Made by a program: the position numbers and the translations under genes. From assembly GCA_021163245.1 (NCBI GenBank), contig JAGGXB010000005.1, positions 5,713-29,712 of the forward strand: a stretch of 24,000 nt of DNA, in the 5' to 3' direction. The notes below the pieces were generated by a model, which saw nothing but the letters and a program-made list of their open reading frames with translations, ran no database searches and was not told the DNA's origin. This document shows positions 15,180 to 24,000 of the stretch, one piece after another. Positions within the stretch are counted from its first letter, which is position 1, and the number at the start of each line of letters is the position of its first letter. This stretch comes from Thermoproteales archaeon. Lineage in GTDB: Archaea > Thermoproteota > Thermoprotei > Thermofilales > Thermofilaceae.

Positions 15180-16363
15180 GTGTGAAAAGTAGACGTATAG
15201 GTTTAAATGGAGATACTGCTGTTGCATACGCAGCCAAACAAGCCAATGTAGATGTTATATCTGCATATCCAATAACACCACAAACAATCATGGTTGAAAA
15301 ACTTGCAGAATATGTAAACAATGGAGAACTTGATGCTGTTTTTATACCGGTTGAAAGTGAACATACTGCTCTTTCAGCAGCTGTAGGAGCATCATTGGCT
15401 GGTGCAAGAGTATTTACTGCTACAGCAAGCCAAGGATTAGCATTGATGTATGAAATACTCTGGATTGCTGCAGGATTAAGAACAACGGTAGTTATGGCTT
15501 TAGGTAATAGAGCATTTTCACCAAACATAAATATTCATTGTTCACATGATGATCTCTATGCAGTTAGAGACACAGGTTGGATTGAACTAATAGCTGAAAA
15601 TGTACAGGAGGCCTATGATTTAACATTACAAGCATTTAAGATTTCTGAAGACAAAAAAGTACTCTTTCCATCCACTATTAGTCTCGACGGTTTTATATTA
15701 ACTCATTCATTAGAGGCCTTATATGTTATCGATGATGCATACGTTGAAAACTTCTTGCCACCTAAAGATCCTGTATATCCAATTGACCCAAATAATCCAA
15801 TAACATATGGACCACTCGATCTACAGGATTATTATATAGAGCATAAAAAACTTCAGGATTACCATTTTGAAAATAGTTATCCAAGAATACTAGAAATATT
15901 TCAAGAATATTCAGAATTTACTGGAAGAACATACAAACCAATAAAGACTTATGGTTTAGATGATGCTGAAGTAGCAATCATGATTCTTGGCTCTTCTGCT
16001 GGAACAGCTAGATTTGTTGCAAAGAAACTACGTGAAAAAGGCCAAAAAGTCGGTGTCATAAGTCTCACATTATATAGACCATTTCCCGTAGATAAGATAA
16101 AAGAAGCTACAAAGGGCCTCAAAGCATTAGCAATTATGGATAGATCCCTAAGTTTTGGTAGCCCAGGAGCTCAACTTTATATGGATGTAGCAAGTGCATT
16201 GGTGAATGAGAGAGAAAAACCACTGCTCTTCAATGTTATATATGGATTAGGTGGCAGAGACTTAACTCCTGACCAAGTTGAATATGTATTCAAGAAGGCA
16301 CAAGAATATGCAAAGGAGGGAGAGGTAAAAGAGCTAAAACTTTGGGTGGGAGTTAGAGAATAG
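15176..16363 (+). CDS. porA: 2-oxoacid:ferredoxin oxidoreductase, alpha subunit
   Basis: MSVKSRRIGLNGDTAVAYAAKQANVDVISAYPITPQT is the conserved N-terminus. GGTG lies 8 nt upstream. The ORF-track start 15119 lies inside porD and is rejected. Confidence 0.93.
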   Translation: MSVKSRRIGLNGDTAVAYAAKQANVDVISAYPITPQTIMVEKLAEYVNNGELDAVFIPVESEHTALSAAVGASLAGARVFTATASQGLALMYEILWIAAGLRTTVVMALGNRAFSPNINIHCSHDDLYAVRDTGWIELIAENVQEAYDLTLQAFKISEDKKVLFPSTISLDGFILTHSLEALYVIDDAYVENFLPPKDPVYPIDPNNPITYGPLDLQDYYIEHKKLQDYHFENSYPRILEIFQEYSEFTGRTYKPIKTYGLDDAEVAIMILGSSAGTARFVAKKLREKGQKVGVISLTLYRPFPVDKIKEATKGLKALAIMDRSLSFGSPGAQLYMDVASALVNEREKPLLFNVIYGLGGRDLTPDQVEYVFKKAQEYAKEGEVKELKLWVGVRE

Positions 16364-16383
16364 GTTTATGAGGTGTATATGTT

Positions 16384-17322
16384 ATGTCTGAATTAAAATC
16401 TATAAAAACTTTAAAGGATATACCTAGAAAAGAACAGTTTGCTCCTGGACACAGATTATGTGCGGGATGTGGCATTCCACAACTTGTTAGATTTACATTA
16501 AAAGCAGTACCCGATCCTAAAATCGTAGTAAATGCTACAAGTTGTTTAGAGGTCGCCTCTACAATATTTCCTTACACAGCTTGGAAGATTCCATGGATAC
16601 ATAACGCTTTTGAAAATTCAGCCGCAACCGCTAGCGGTATAGAAGCAGCATTTAGAGCATTAGAAAAGAAGAAAGGAATTAAGAAACCTAAAATTATCGT
16701 GTTTGCAGGAGATGGAGGTACATTTGATATAGGTATGCAAGCTTTAAGTGGAGCATTAGAGAGAGGTCATGATTTCATCTACATATGTTATGATAATGAG
16801 GCATATATGAACACAGGTATCCAAAGATCAGGAGCAACACCTAAAGGAGCTGCTACAACTACAAGTCCAGCTGGCAGAGTTATACCTGGTAAACAAGAAA
16901 GAAAGAAAGACCTTATCGGTATTGCAATAGCACATGGTATAAGGTACGCAGCAACAATGAACCCAGCTTACCCAGTCGATATGTACAATAAAATAGTTAA
17001 AGCAGCATCTATTAAGGGTCCAGTTGTCTTACATTACTTTACACCGTGTCCAACAGGATGGTATTTTGATCCTTCATTAAGTATTGAAGTAGCTCGTCTT
17101 GCTGTACAGACAAGGTTATGGCCTCTCTATGAATATGAAGATGGCAAATATAAAATTAATATAATGGTAAGAAGACCTAAACCTATAGAAGATTACTTTA
17201 AACTTCAGAGAAGATTTGCTCATCTATTGCGACCAGAAAATAAATGGCTTCTCGACGACATAAAGAAAGATATCGAAGAGAATTGGAAGAGACTACTAAG
17301 GCTTGCTGGTATAGAAGCATAA
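16384..17322 (+). CDS. porB: 2-oxoacid:ferredoxin oxidoreductase, beta subunit (TPP-binding)
   Basis: 312 aa. It has CAGCG and other Cys ligands, and the TPP motif GDGGTFDIG...YDNEAYMNTG. GGTG lies 8 nt upstream. Confidence 0.93.
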   Translation: MSELKSIKTLKDIPRKEQFAPGHRLCAGCGIPQLVRFTLKAVPDPKIVVNATSCLEVASTIFPYTAWKIPWIHNAFENSAATASGIEAAFRALEKKKGIKKPKIIVFAGDGGTFDIGMQALSGALERGHDFIYICYDNEAYMNTGIQRSGATPKGAATTTSPAGRVIPGKQERKKDLIGIAIAHGIRYAATMNPAYPVDMYNKIVKAASIKGPVVLHYFTPCPTGWYFDPSLSIEVARLAVQTRLWPLYEYEDGKYKINIMVRRPKPIEDYFKLQRRFAHLLRPENKWLLDDIKKDIEENWKRLLRLAGIEA

Positions 17323-17411
17323 AAATAAATTTTCTTTTTTATAGTTTTTTATATATCTTTTAATTCTCACAAAAAATTTTTATCTAATTTTTATATATCT
17401 CCTTATATAAC

Positions 17412-20400
17412 GTGATTGCTGTGAAGGCTTTTTTTGAAGATCTATGTCCTAACTGTGGAAAACGTATCACAGATGAAAGACTAATCCATAAATTACCCTG
17501 CGAAAAATGTTTATCTAAGAAAGATATAGAGCTCATAGACGAAAAAGAAATTAGTAACTACTATAACTATCATTCACTTCTATTATCTATAGAAAAATTG
17601 TTACGTAAAAAAAATACGTTACAAAAAGAATACAAGAATGTCATACAGATAGAAAAAGAAACTGAGAAATATAATGAATTCTTTAAGAAAATTTTAGGAA
17701 GTACTTTATGGAGTGCACAGAGAGCCTGGGCGAAAAGAGTTTTTCAAAATAAAAGCTTTACTATATTAGCACCAACTGGTGTTGGAAAAACAGCCTTTGG
17801 TCTTACAATGGCTATGTTTTTGGCCTTAAAGGATAAAAAAAGCTATATCATTCTACCTACAACAGTTCTAGCTAAGCAGGTTTATAATAAAATTCTAGAT
17901 TTTTCGTCTAAAATAGAGAACTCTCCAAAAGTAATAGCATATTATTCTGGATTATCAAAAAAAGAAAAAGAAAAAATTTTAAATGATATCAATACAAAAA
18001 ATTTCGATATTCTTATCACAACATCGTATTTTTTGAATAAACGTTTCGAGGTAATAAAAGACAATAAATTTGATTTTATTTTTGTCGATGATGTAGATGC
18101 TATATTAAAATCATCAAAAAATATCGACAAAATATTATATCTCTTAGGATATCCTGATGAACTCATTAAGCTGGCTCTGGAAAACATTATGCTTAAGATT
18201 AAAGCCACTAATTTTATTCGAATTAAAAAAGAGGCGCCTAAAGATATATTGAAACAAATACAGGTGAATTCAGAAAGAATACAAAAATTTCTGAAAAAGA
18301 TAGATACTGGATGTATAGTTATTTCAACTGCAACAGGTAGACCACGTGGAGTAAGGATTCGTTTATTTAGAGAACTAATGGGATTTGACATTGGAGCTAG
18401 AGCAGAGATATTACGAAATGTTATAGATATTTATCAGATAGTAGATGAAAAAAATATTTCCTCGTCTGTAGTAACTCTTGTTAGAAAATTGGGGAAGGGA
18501 GGACTACTATATGTACCAATAGGTACTAGTGAAGAGTTTATAAAACATTTAGTCGATTTATTCGAAAAAAACGGAATTAAAGCAGCATACGTACATTCAA
18601 AAAATAAAAAGGGACTAGAGGAATTCATTGAGGAAAAAATAGATGTCTTAATAGGAGTCGCAACATACTACGGGTTACTTGTTAGGGGGCTGGACCTTCC
18701 ACATTTAATTAAATATGCTGTATTTGTTGGTATACCACATTTTAAGTTTACCGCTGATATATATGAAATAGGCCCTACACGGTTAATCCAAATAGCCACA
18801 AATATTAGGGATCTGGTCCCAGAAAATAAAAAACATGAGTTAGACCGTCTCGTTTCGAGAATCAGACAATATCTTATGTTATTGGACCAATCTAAGCTAT
18901 ATCTCCTGCTAGACGCTATAGAAAATAATAAAAAACTTACTGGCCCTCTAGGAAAATTGCAATATTATATAATATCGCTCCGTGACTTTCTCAAAAAAAT
19001 GTTTGAAAACGAAAGCTTCATCAAAACACTTGAAGAAAAAACTATTTTCTCAGTAAGAAAAATTGATGGAAAAACATATTTCTTGGTACCAGATGCAATG
19101 ACTTATCTTCAAGCTTCTGGTAGAACATCAAGAATGTATGCTGGAGGAATTTCTAAAGGATTATCAATTCTTCTCGTAAATGATAATAAACTTTTCAATG
19201 GATTGACCAAACAGATAAGATGGTATAGTGAAGAAATTTCGTGGAAAAGGATAGATGAAATAAAAATCGAAGAGATAATGAACGAAATAAACAAGGAGAG
19301 AGAATTCATTAGAAAACTAATAGAGGGAAAAGTAAAATCTGAAGAAATTAAAGATTTAGTTAAAATAGCATTATTAATAGTCGAGTCTCCTACTAAAGCC
19401 CGAACAATAGCCTCTTTCTTTGGTAAACCCTCACGTAGAAGATATGAGGGTCTTACAGTTTATGAAACAAGTATTGGAAAATATATCCTTTTAATAACTG
19501 CAAGTAAAGGTCATATTTTAGATTTAATCACTAAAGAAGGATATTATGGTATCATCGTCAGTGATCATGATAAATTTTATCCCATATATTCTACTATTAA
19601 AAGATGTCAGAACTGTGGTGAACAATTCACTGAATACCTAAATGAAAAAAGGGTGTGTCCTAAATGTGGATCTAATAAAATTGTCGATCAGTACGATGTT
19701 ATAAAAAATATAAGAGACATAGCACAGGAAGTTGACATCGTATTTCTAGGAACTGATCCAGATACAGAGGGAGAAAAAATTGCATGGGATCTAAAAAGTG
19801 TCTTATCTCCATATGTCCCTATATTACAGCGAATTGAGTTCCATGAAGTTACTCGACAAGCTATTGAAAAAGCATTACAAAATCCCAGAGATATTGACGA
19901 ATATCTGGTTAATGCGCAAATCGTTAGAAGAATAGAAGATCGATGGATTGGATTTGTATTAAGTAAAAAACTATGGGATAAATTCGGAAAAAAATGGTTA
20001 TCCGCTGGTAGAGTACAAACCCCCGTTTTAGGATGGATAATTAATAGATTTCAAGAAGCTAAAGAAAGCATAAAACCTATATTTAGAATAACTCTTGAGA
20101 ATAATAAAACCTATATCATTGATACTGTAGTAGCTAAAGAAGTATCATCTAGAAAGATTGCAAAAGAGATGCTTGAAAAAGGAGTTTCTATAATTAATAT
20201 CTCAGATGAAGAAAATGAAATTAATCCTCCACCGCCTTATACTACTGATACATTATTAAGAGATGCATCTCAGAGATTTAAGCTTGATACTACTAAAATT
20301 ATGCAAATAGCACAAGATCTATTTGAACTAGGATTAATAACATATCATAGGACAGATAGTATTAGAGTTTCAGTAAATGGATTAGCTATCGCTAAACAAT

Positions 20401-21116
20401 ATATTACTGAAAAATTCTCAGATAGATATTATGTTCCTAGAACTTGGGGTATAGGAGGTGCACATGAATGTATTAGGCCAACTAGGCCTATAGATGTTGA
20501 TAGATTACAGGCATTACTACGTCAAGGGATATTACAGTTAGCAAGGCCTCTTACTAGGATACATTTTATGATATATGACCTTATATTTAGACGCTTCATA
20601 GCAAGCCAAATGCCATCCTCAAAAGTTATAAATTCAAAATTTAAGCTCAAGGGACCATACTTTGAAAAAGAATATTCCATTATTAGTAATATTGTTATAA
20701 AAGGATTTACTGAAATGTATCCTATTCCAACTACAGATAAACCAAAAGAGGGACATTATAACGTAGTTGATGTAAAACATCGTAAACTCCCAACGGTTCC
20801 TTTATACTCTCAAGCTGATATAATCCAGCTTATGAAACAAAGACGTATAGGAAGACCATCAACATATGCTAAAATAATAAAAACCTTACTAGATCGATAC
20901 TATGTAAAGGAAACAAAACGTAAAAAATTACTCCCTACAAATCTTGGAATTAATGTCTACAATTATATCTTTAATAACTTTGCTTCCCTAGTATCAGAGA
21001 ATAGAACTAGAATGGTTGAAGAAATAATGGATAAAATTGAAGTAGGAGAAATAAATTATCTAGATGCATTAAAGGATTTCTATGAGGAGATAAAAGATGC
21101 AGAAGAAAGGAAGTAG
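17412..21116 (+). CDS. rgy: Reverse gyrase (SF2 helicase-like domain fused to type IA topoisomerase)
   Basis: 1234 aa with a GTG start.
- N-terminal zinc finger: CPNCG...CEKC.
- Walker A: APTGVGKT.
- DDVD box.
- Internal zinc ribbon: CQNCG...CPKCG.
- Toprim: GTDPDTEGEKIA.
- Active-site tyrosine context: ITYHRTDS.

The size is uninterrupted, so there is no sign of an intein. Confidence 0.97.
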   Translation: MIAVKAFFEDLCPNCGKRITDERLIHKLPCEKCLSKKDIELIDEKEISNYYNYHSLLLSIEKLLRKKNTLQKEYKNVIQIEKETEKYNEFFKKILGSTLWSAQRAWAKRVFQNKSFTILAPTGVGKTAFGLTMAMFLALKDKKSYIILPTTVLAKQVYNKILDFSSKIENSPKVIAYYSGLSKKEKEKILNDINTKNFDILITTSYFLNKRFEVIKDNKFDFIFVDDVDAILKSSKNIDKILYLLGYPDELIKLALENIMLKIKATNFIRIKKEAPKDILKQIQVNSERIQKFLKKIDTGCIVISTATGRPRGVRIRLFRELMGFDIGARAEILRNVIDIYQIVDEKNISSSVVTLVRKLGKGGLLYVPIGTSEEFIKHLVDLFEKNGIKAAYVHSKNKKGLEEFIEEKIDVLIGVATYYGLLVRGLDLPHLIKYAVFVGIPHFKFTADIYEIGPTRLIQIATNIRDLVPENKKHELDRLVSRIRQYLMLLDQSKLYLLLDAIENNKKLTGPLGKLQYYIISLRDFLKKMFENESFIKTLEEKTIFSVRKIDGKTYFLVPDAMTYLQASGRTSRMYAGGISKGLSILLVNDNKLFNGLTKQIRWYSEEISWKRIDEIKIEEIMNEINKEREFIRKLIEGKVKSEEIKDLVKIALLIVESPTKARTIASFFGKPSRRRYEGLTVYETSIGKYILLITASKGHILDLITKEGYYGIIVSDHDKFYPIYSTIKRCQNCGEQFTEYLNEKRVCPKCGSNKIVDQYDVIKNIRDIAQEVDIVFLGTDPDTEGEKIAWDLKSVLSPYVPILQRIEFHEVTRQAIEKALQNPRDIDEYLVNAQIVRRIEDRWIGFVLSKKLWDKFGKKWLSAGRVQTPVLGWIINRFQEAKESIKPIFRITLENNKTYIIDTVVAKEVSSRKIAKEMLEKGVSIINISDEENEINPPPPYTTDTLLRDASQRFKLDTTKIMQIAQDLFELGLITYHRTDSIRVSVNGLAIAKQYITEKFSDRYYVPRTWGIGGAHECIRPTRPIDVDRLQALLRQGILQLARPLTRIHFMIYDLIFRRFIASQMPSSKVINSKFKLKGPYFEKEYSIISNIVIKGFTEMYPIPTTDKPKEGHYNVVDVKHRKLPTVPLYSQADIIQLMKQRRIGRPSTYAKIIKTLLDRYYVKETKRKKLLPTNLGINVYNYIFNNFASLVSENRTRMVEEIMDKIEVGEINYLDALKDFYEEIKDAEERK

Positions 21117-21639
21117 AGCATTATACATAGGCAGATTCCAACCATTTCATAAAGGACATTTAAAAGCCCTTTACTGGATTTTAGAAAGAGAAAACGAGAT
21201 AATAATCGGTATCGGTAGCGCACAGTTTAGCCATACTTTGAAAAATCCCTTTACATTAGGAGAAAGAATTGAAATGATATATTCAGTACTAAAACAAGAA
21301 AACCTTCTCACTAGAGCTGTTATAGTAGGTATTCCAGACACGGATAATCAGCATAGCATATGGGTTTCATTGGTGAAATCTTTCTCACCTCGATTTGAAA
21401 AAGTGTATACCAATGATCCTTTATCAAGACAATTATTTGAAGAAAACAATATCCCAACTTCTGGAATTCCTTTCTTTAAAAGAGATATATATAAAGCTAC
21501 TAAAATTCGTGAATTAATGATCAGTGACCAACCTTGGGAAGATCTTGTTCCACAACCTGTTGCTAAGATAATAAAAGAAATTAATGGTGTAGAACGTTTA
21601 AAGAAAATAGCTGGATCTCTTACTCCACAACAATATTAG
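21097..21639 (+). CDS. nadM: Nicotinamide-nucleotide adenylyltransferase (archaeal NadM type)
   Basis: 180 aa. The (H/T)xGH signature is YIGRFQPFHKGHL; the ISST-like motif is degenerate in this sequence. It overlaps the rgy 3' end by 20 nt. Confidence 0.88.
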   Translation: MQKKGSRALYIGRFQPFHKGHLKALYWILERENEIIIGIGSAQFSHTLKNPFTLGERIEMIYSVLKQENLLTRAVIVGIPDTDNQHSIWVSLVKSFSPRFEKVYTNDPLSRQLFEENNIPTSGIPFFKRDIYKATKIRELMISDQPWEDLVPQPVAKIIKEINGVERLKKIAGSLTPQQY

Positions 21640-21907
21640 AAGAAGCGAAACCCATTCTAACTAAAATTTCTTTTGCCTTATTTCTATGATCTCCCTGTAA
21701 TTCAATTCTACCATTTTTTGCGGTACCACCACATGCTAACTCACTTTTTAACTTTGATACTAAGTCCCGTAAATCAAAAGTTTTAGGATCTATGCCCTCA
21801 ATAATCGTAACCTCCTTTCTTCTCTTTCTACGTTCAACTTTAATTTTTATTAGCTCTTGCTCTCTGAAAACATCCTTTAATATTCCTTCTAGTATATCGC
21901 TACTCAT
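21620..21907 (-). CDS. sui1: Translation initiation factor aSUI1 (eIF1 homolog)
   Basis: 95 aa. IKIKVERRKRRKEVTIIEGI...LKSELACGGTAKNGRIELQGDHR is the SUI1 domain. It overlaps nadM convergently by 20 nt. Confidence 0.9.
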   Translation of the reverse strand: MSSDILEGILKDVFREQELIKIKVERRKRRKEVTIIEGIDPKTFDLRDLVSKLKSELACGGTAKNGRIELQGDHRNKAKEILVRMGFASSNIVVE

Positions 21908-22063
21908 TATCCCCCTATATTTTCTTTATCAATTAGTTATATGAATTCTTCAAAATAAAAGCTTTATGCTTCTAACATATATCCTAGAGAGATTAAAGAC
22001 ATAACATATAGTCCTTTCAGAAAATTATTTAAATAATAGATATCATTTAGATGTTTGACAACC

Positions 22064-22222
22064 ATGTCGGAAAACGAATTAATATATAAATGCTTAAGAT
22101 GTAACAAAATTTTTTCTAAAGAAGAACTTGAGACTCTTCCAGGAGTTAGATGTCCATATTGCGGTTATAAGATAATTATAAAACTTAGACCTCCAGTTGC
22201 AAAAAGAGTAAAAGCTATTTAA
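22064..22222 (+). CDS. rpoP: DNA-directed RNA polymerase subunit P (Rpo12)
   Basis: Manual translation gives [52 protein letters not shown] (52 aa). It is near-collinear with Sulfolobus RpoP (YRCGKC...[14 protein letters not shown]...VKAI). It is below the ORF-track cutoff. Confidence 0.85.
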
Positions 22223-23096
22223 CATTTTTATATTTCTCAATATAAATGATTAATTTCTGTAAAATTTTCGATGCTACTGAAACAGTTATCCCATTATTAT
22301 CATATAATGGGTTTAACTCAACGATGTCAAAAGCCTTAATATTACAGTATTTACTGATCGACCTAAGTAGATCTATTAATCTATAAAGTGATATACCTAA
22401 AGGTTCTGGATTTCCTACTCCTGGAGCAATAGATGGATCCAAAACATCTAAATCAATAGAGACATAAACATTTTTATCTCTTAAAAAATCCATTCTAATT
22501 TTTTCATCTACACCATATACCTTTATTTTATTTTTTCTAATGAAATCATATTCCTCCTTAGAGCAGGCTCTAACACCGGCGATAACTATATTTTCCAAAC
22601 CAATTTTCTCTATAATCCTTCTATTTACAGTTGCATGTGTTAGCCTATTTCCTAAAGGATATTCATCCCTCATATCAAGATGTGCATCAAAAACAACATA
22701 AACAATGTCATCTTCCATTTCTATAATTCCCTCAATACCTCCTAATGTAATGGTATGTTCACCGCCTAACAGAACAGGAATTTTATCATCTTCTACAATT
22801 TCAGAAACAACATTTCTTATTTTTTTGACAATATTATCAGCATTTACTTCAAAAGAAAAATTTCCAGCATCATATACATTTATATCCTCAAAATCAAGCC
22901 CAGTCTCAAAATCAAACGTTTCAAGTTCATAAAAAGATTCTCTAATTTTATCTGGCCCAAAACGTGCTCCTGGCTTATATGAGACAGTTGAATCATAAGG
23001 TACTCCTAAAATAATATAATCTGAATCTTCATAATTTATACCTTCTTTCTCAATTAGAGAAAAAAATCTAGAAGTATAAAATTCAAGGTTCCTCAT
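22215..23096 (-). CDS. speB: Agmatinase (ureohydrolase/arginase family, binuclear Mn enzyme)
   Basis: Motifs: [34 protein letters not shown] and SIDLDVLDP (metal ligands). The preferred start is MRNLEF at 23096; the ORF-track start 23144 lies inside the upstream gene. Confidence 0.85.
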
Positions 23097-23385
23097 AAGG
23101 AAGTCCTCCTTCAACATTGAATTTGCTGACCCTGACAGCGTCAATACTTCGAATCACTGTACTATATTTTTCAAGTAGCTCCTCAACTTCCTCCATAGAA
23201 ATTCCCTTTCCAGTCAAAGTAATTTTTAAGGTCTCTGTTTTAGCATCAACTTCAGTAACATGTATATCAACATTCTCTATGCCCTTAAGTTCCCCGAGAG
23301 CCAAAGCCAAATCGGTTATATATACTTCTCTCGGTTTTAAAGCATCTAAGGTTAACCTACTAATACCAATTATTTCATCATCCAT
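23083..23385 (-). CDS. DUF211-family protein (uncharacterised archaeal conserved protein)
   Basis: 100 aa. The pattern IGISRLTLDALKPRE...ALALGELKGIENVDIHVTEVDAKTETLKITLTGKGISMEEVEELLEKYSTVIRSIDAV matches the DUF211 pattern as I recall it (RRLVLDVLKPH...VNI...ID..TE..KITIEG..ID...I...IE..G..IHSIDEV). Confidence 0.75.
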   Translation of the reverse strand: MDDEIIGISRLTLDALKPREVYITDLALALGELKGIENVDIHVTEVDAKTETLKITLTGKGISMEEVEELLEKYSTVIRSIDAVRVSKFNVEGGLPYEEP

Positions 23386-24000
23386 TTATTATCACCTATA
23401 ACTAAAGGTATCCTATTTACTCCCTCAAAATGTATTGAAGTAATCGTCACAATTAATGAAACAACCAATCCTGCCGTTAACATATATATCCCATAAATTA
23501 ATGCACCCCCTCCGGAAATTTTACCCAAATACATTCCTAAAAGAAAAACTAGGACTAATGTAATTATTATTGAGACAAATGTTGCAACTATAGGGCTTAA
23601 AAGACCAATTTCAGAGAAAATAAACGGTGACGCACAAATAAGTGCTGCCATAGCTGGAGCAAAGGAATCTGTTAAAGCGGCCAAAACCACAGCCATTAAC
23701 GACGCCTTTTCAATAATACTACCTTCTAATTCAGTAAACATTGCCTTTTCTAGTTCTTTAACTTTTCTCTCTCTTTCAGCTTTTTCCGTTATTAAAGCAC
23801 CAACAAAACCAGAAACTCCCATAGCAAAACTTGCGCTCATACCAGCTGACAATATAATCTTTGGATCTATATATCCGGAAACAAATACACCTACAACAAA
23901 TCCTAACATCGTAAGAGCTCCATCAAATGCATTCATCACAAAATATCTTCTTATGATTTCTCCTGCCTCTGTTAACTCAATGTAGTCATTTATATTTTCG
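23370..24000 (-). CDS. VIT1/CCC1-family membrane protein (putative Fe2+/Mn2+ transporter), 5'-partial at the window edge
   Basis: It is polytopic and glycine-rich. NAFDGALTMLGFVVG resembles the conserved xNDGLxSxxxLxxG helix-1 motif. The frame stays open upstream of the listed GTG/ATG (…ENINDYIELTEAGEIIRRYFVMNAFDG) to position 24000, so the gene probably starts outside the window. Confidence 0.7.
   Translation of the reverse strand, partial: ENINDYIELTEAGEIIRRYFVMNAFDGALTMLGFVVGVFVSGYIDPKIILSAGMSASFAMGVSGFVGALITEKAERERKVKELEKAMFTELEGSIIEKASLMAVVLAALTDSFAPAMAALICASPFIFSEIGLLSPIVATFVSIIITLVLVFLLGMYLGKISGGGALIYGIYMLTAGLVVSLIVTITSIHFEGVNRIPLVIGDNKWMMK

Noticed and set aside
15064-15528. Minus-strand ORF 15064..15528, and the extended starts 15119 (alpha) and 14273 (gamma)
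   Set aside because: The minus-strand ORF is antisense to porD and porA. The extended N-termini lack homology, lie inside upstream genes or upstream of the GGTG ribosome-binding motifs, and precede well-conserved N-terminal sequences.
17942-19309. Minus-strand ORFs 17942..18391, 18434..18628 and 19109..19309
   Set aside because: They are antisense shadows inside the reverse gyrase gene, with low-complexity Phe/Ser/Ile-rich products.
11017-23096. Deoxyhypusine synthase and agmatinase as a linked aIF5A-hypusination module
   Set aside because: The two genes are about 10 kb apart on opposite strands, with unrelated operons in between. Co-location in one window is not evidence of linkage.
1-24000. 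CRISPR arrays, rRNA genes, transposases/IS elements, and toxin-antitoxin or other defence cassettes
   Set aside because: I scanned both strands by eye for regularly spaced direct repeats, GC-rich RNA islands and hallmark motifs. Apart from the tRNA and the tbp BHB region, nothing was found.

Overview
This window is a gene-dense, AT-rich (about one-third G+C by eye) chromosomal core segment. It looks like a hyperthermophilic archaeon of the TACK/Thermoproteota type. Recognisable genes are:
- Heat adaptation and chromatin: reverse gyrase, a thermosome subunit, two Hsp20 paralogs and Alba.
- Transcription and translation: TBP, RNA polymerase subunits K and P, aSUI1, ribosomal proteins L6 and L40e, and an intron-containing tRNA-Cys.
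- Metabolism: a gamma-delta-alpha-beta 2-oxoacid:ferredoxin oxidoreductase operon, deoxyhypusine synthase, an AglH-like GT4 transferase, archaeal PPAT, NMNAT, agmatinase, a SAM methyltransferase and a GNAT N-acetyltransferase.
- Other: signal peptidase I, a VIT1/DUF211 pair and crenactin.

I saw no CRISPR array, rRNA, transposase, integrase or obvious defence island, so this is not an accessory region.

The most interesting signals are:
1. The TBP gene is split by 29 nt (7063-7091). These fold into a textbook bulge-helix-bulge splicing motif, and their excision exactly restores the frame and the conserved EQFPG motif. This is a candidate archaeal intron in a protein-coding gene for a general transcription factor.
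2. The oxidoreductase delta subunit has no ATG/GTG/TTG start in its conserved frame. An ACG sits at the spacing from a GGTG Shine-Dalgarno motif that the other operon genes use.
3. Crenactin is tightly coupled to a 74-aa coiled-coil gene and faces a three-gene operon of unknown function.
4. Two real zinc-ribbon genes (L40e, RpoP) are missing from the ORF track.

All functional calls rest on motif and sequence recognition from memory. No database search was run.
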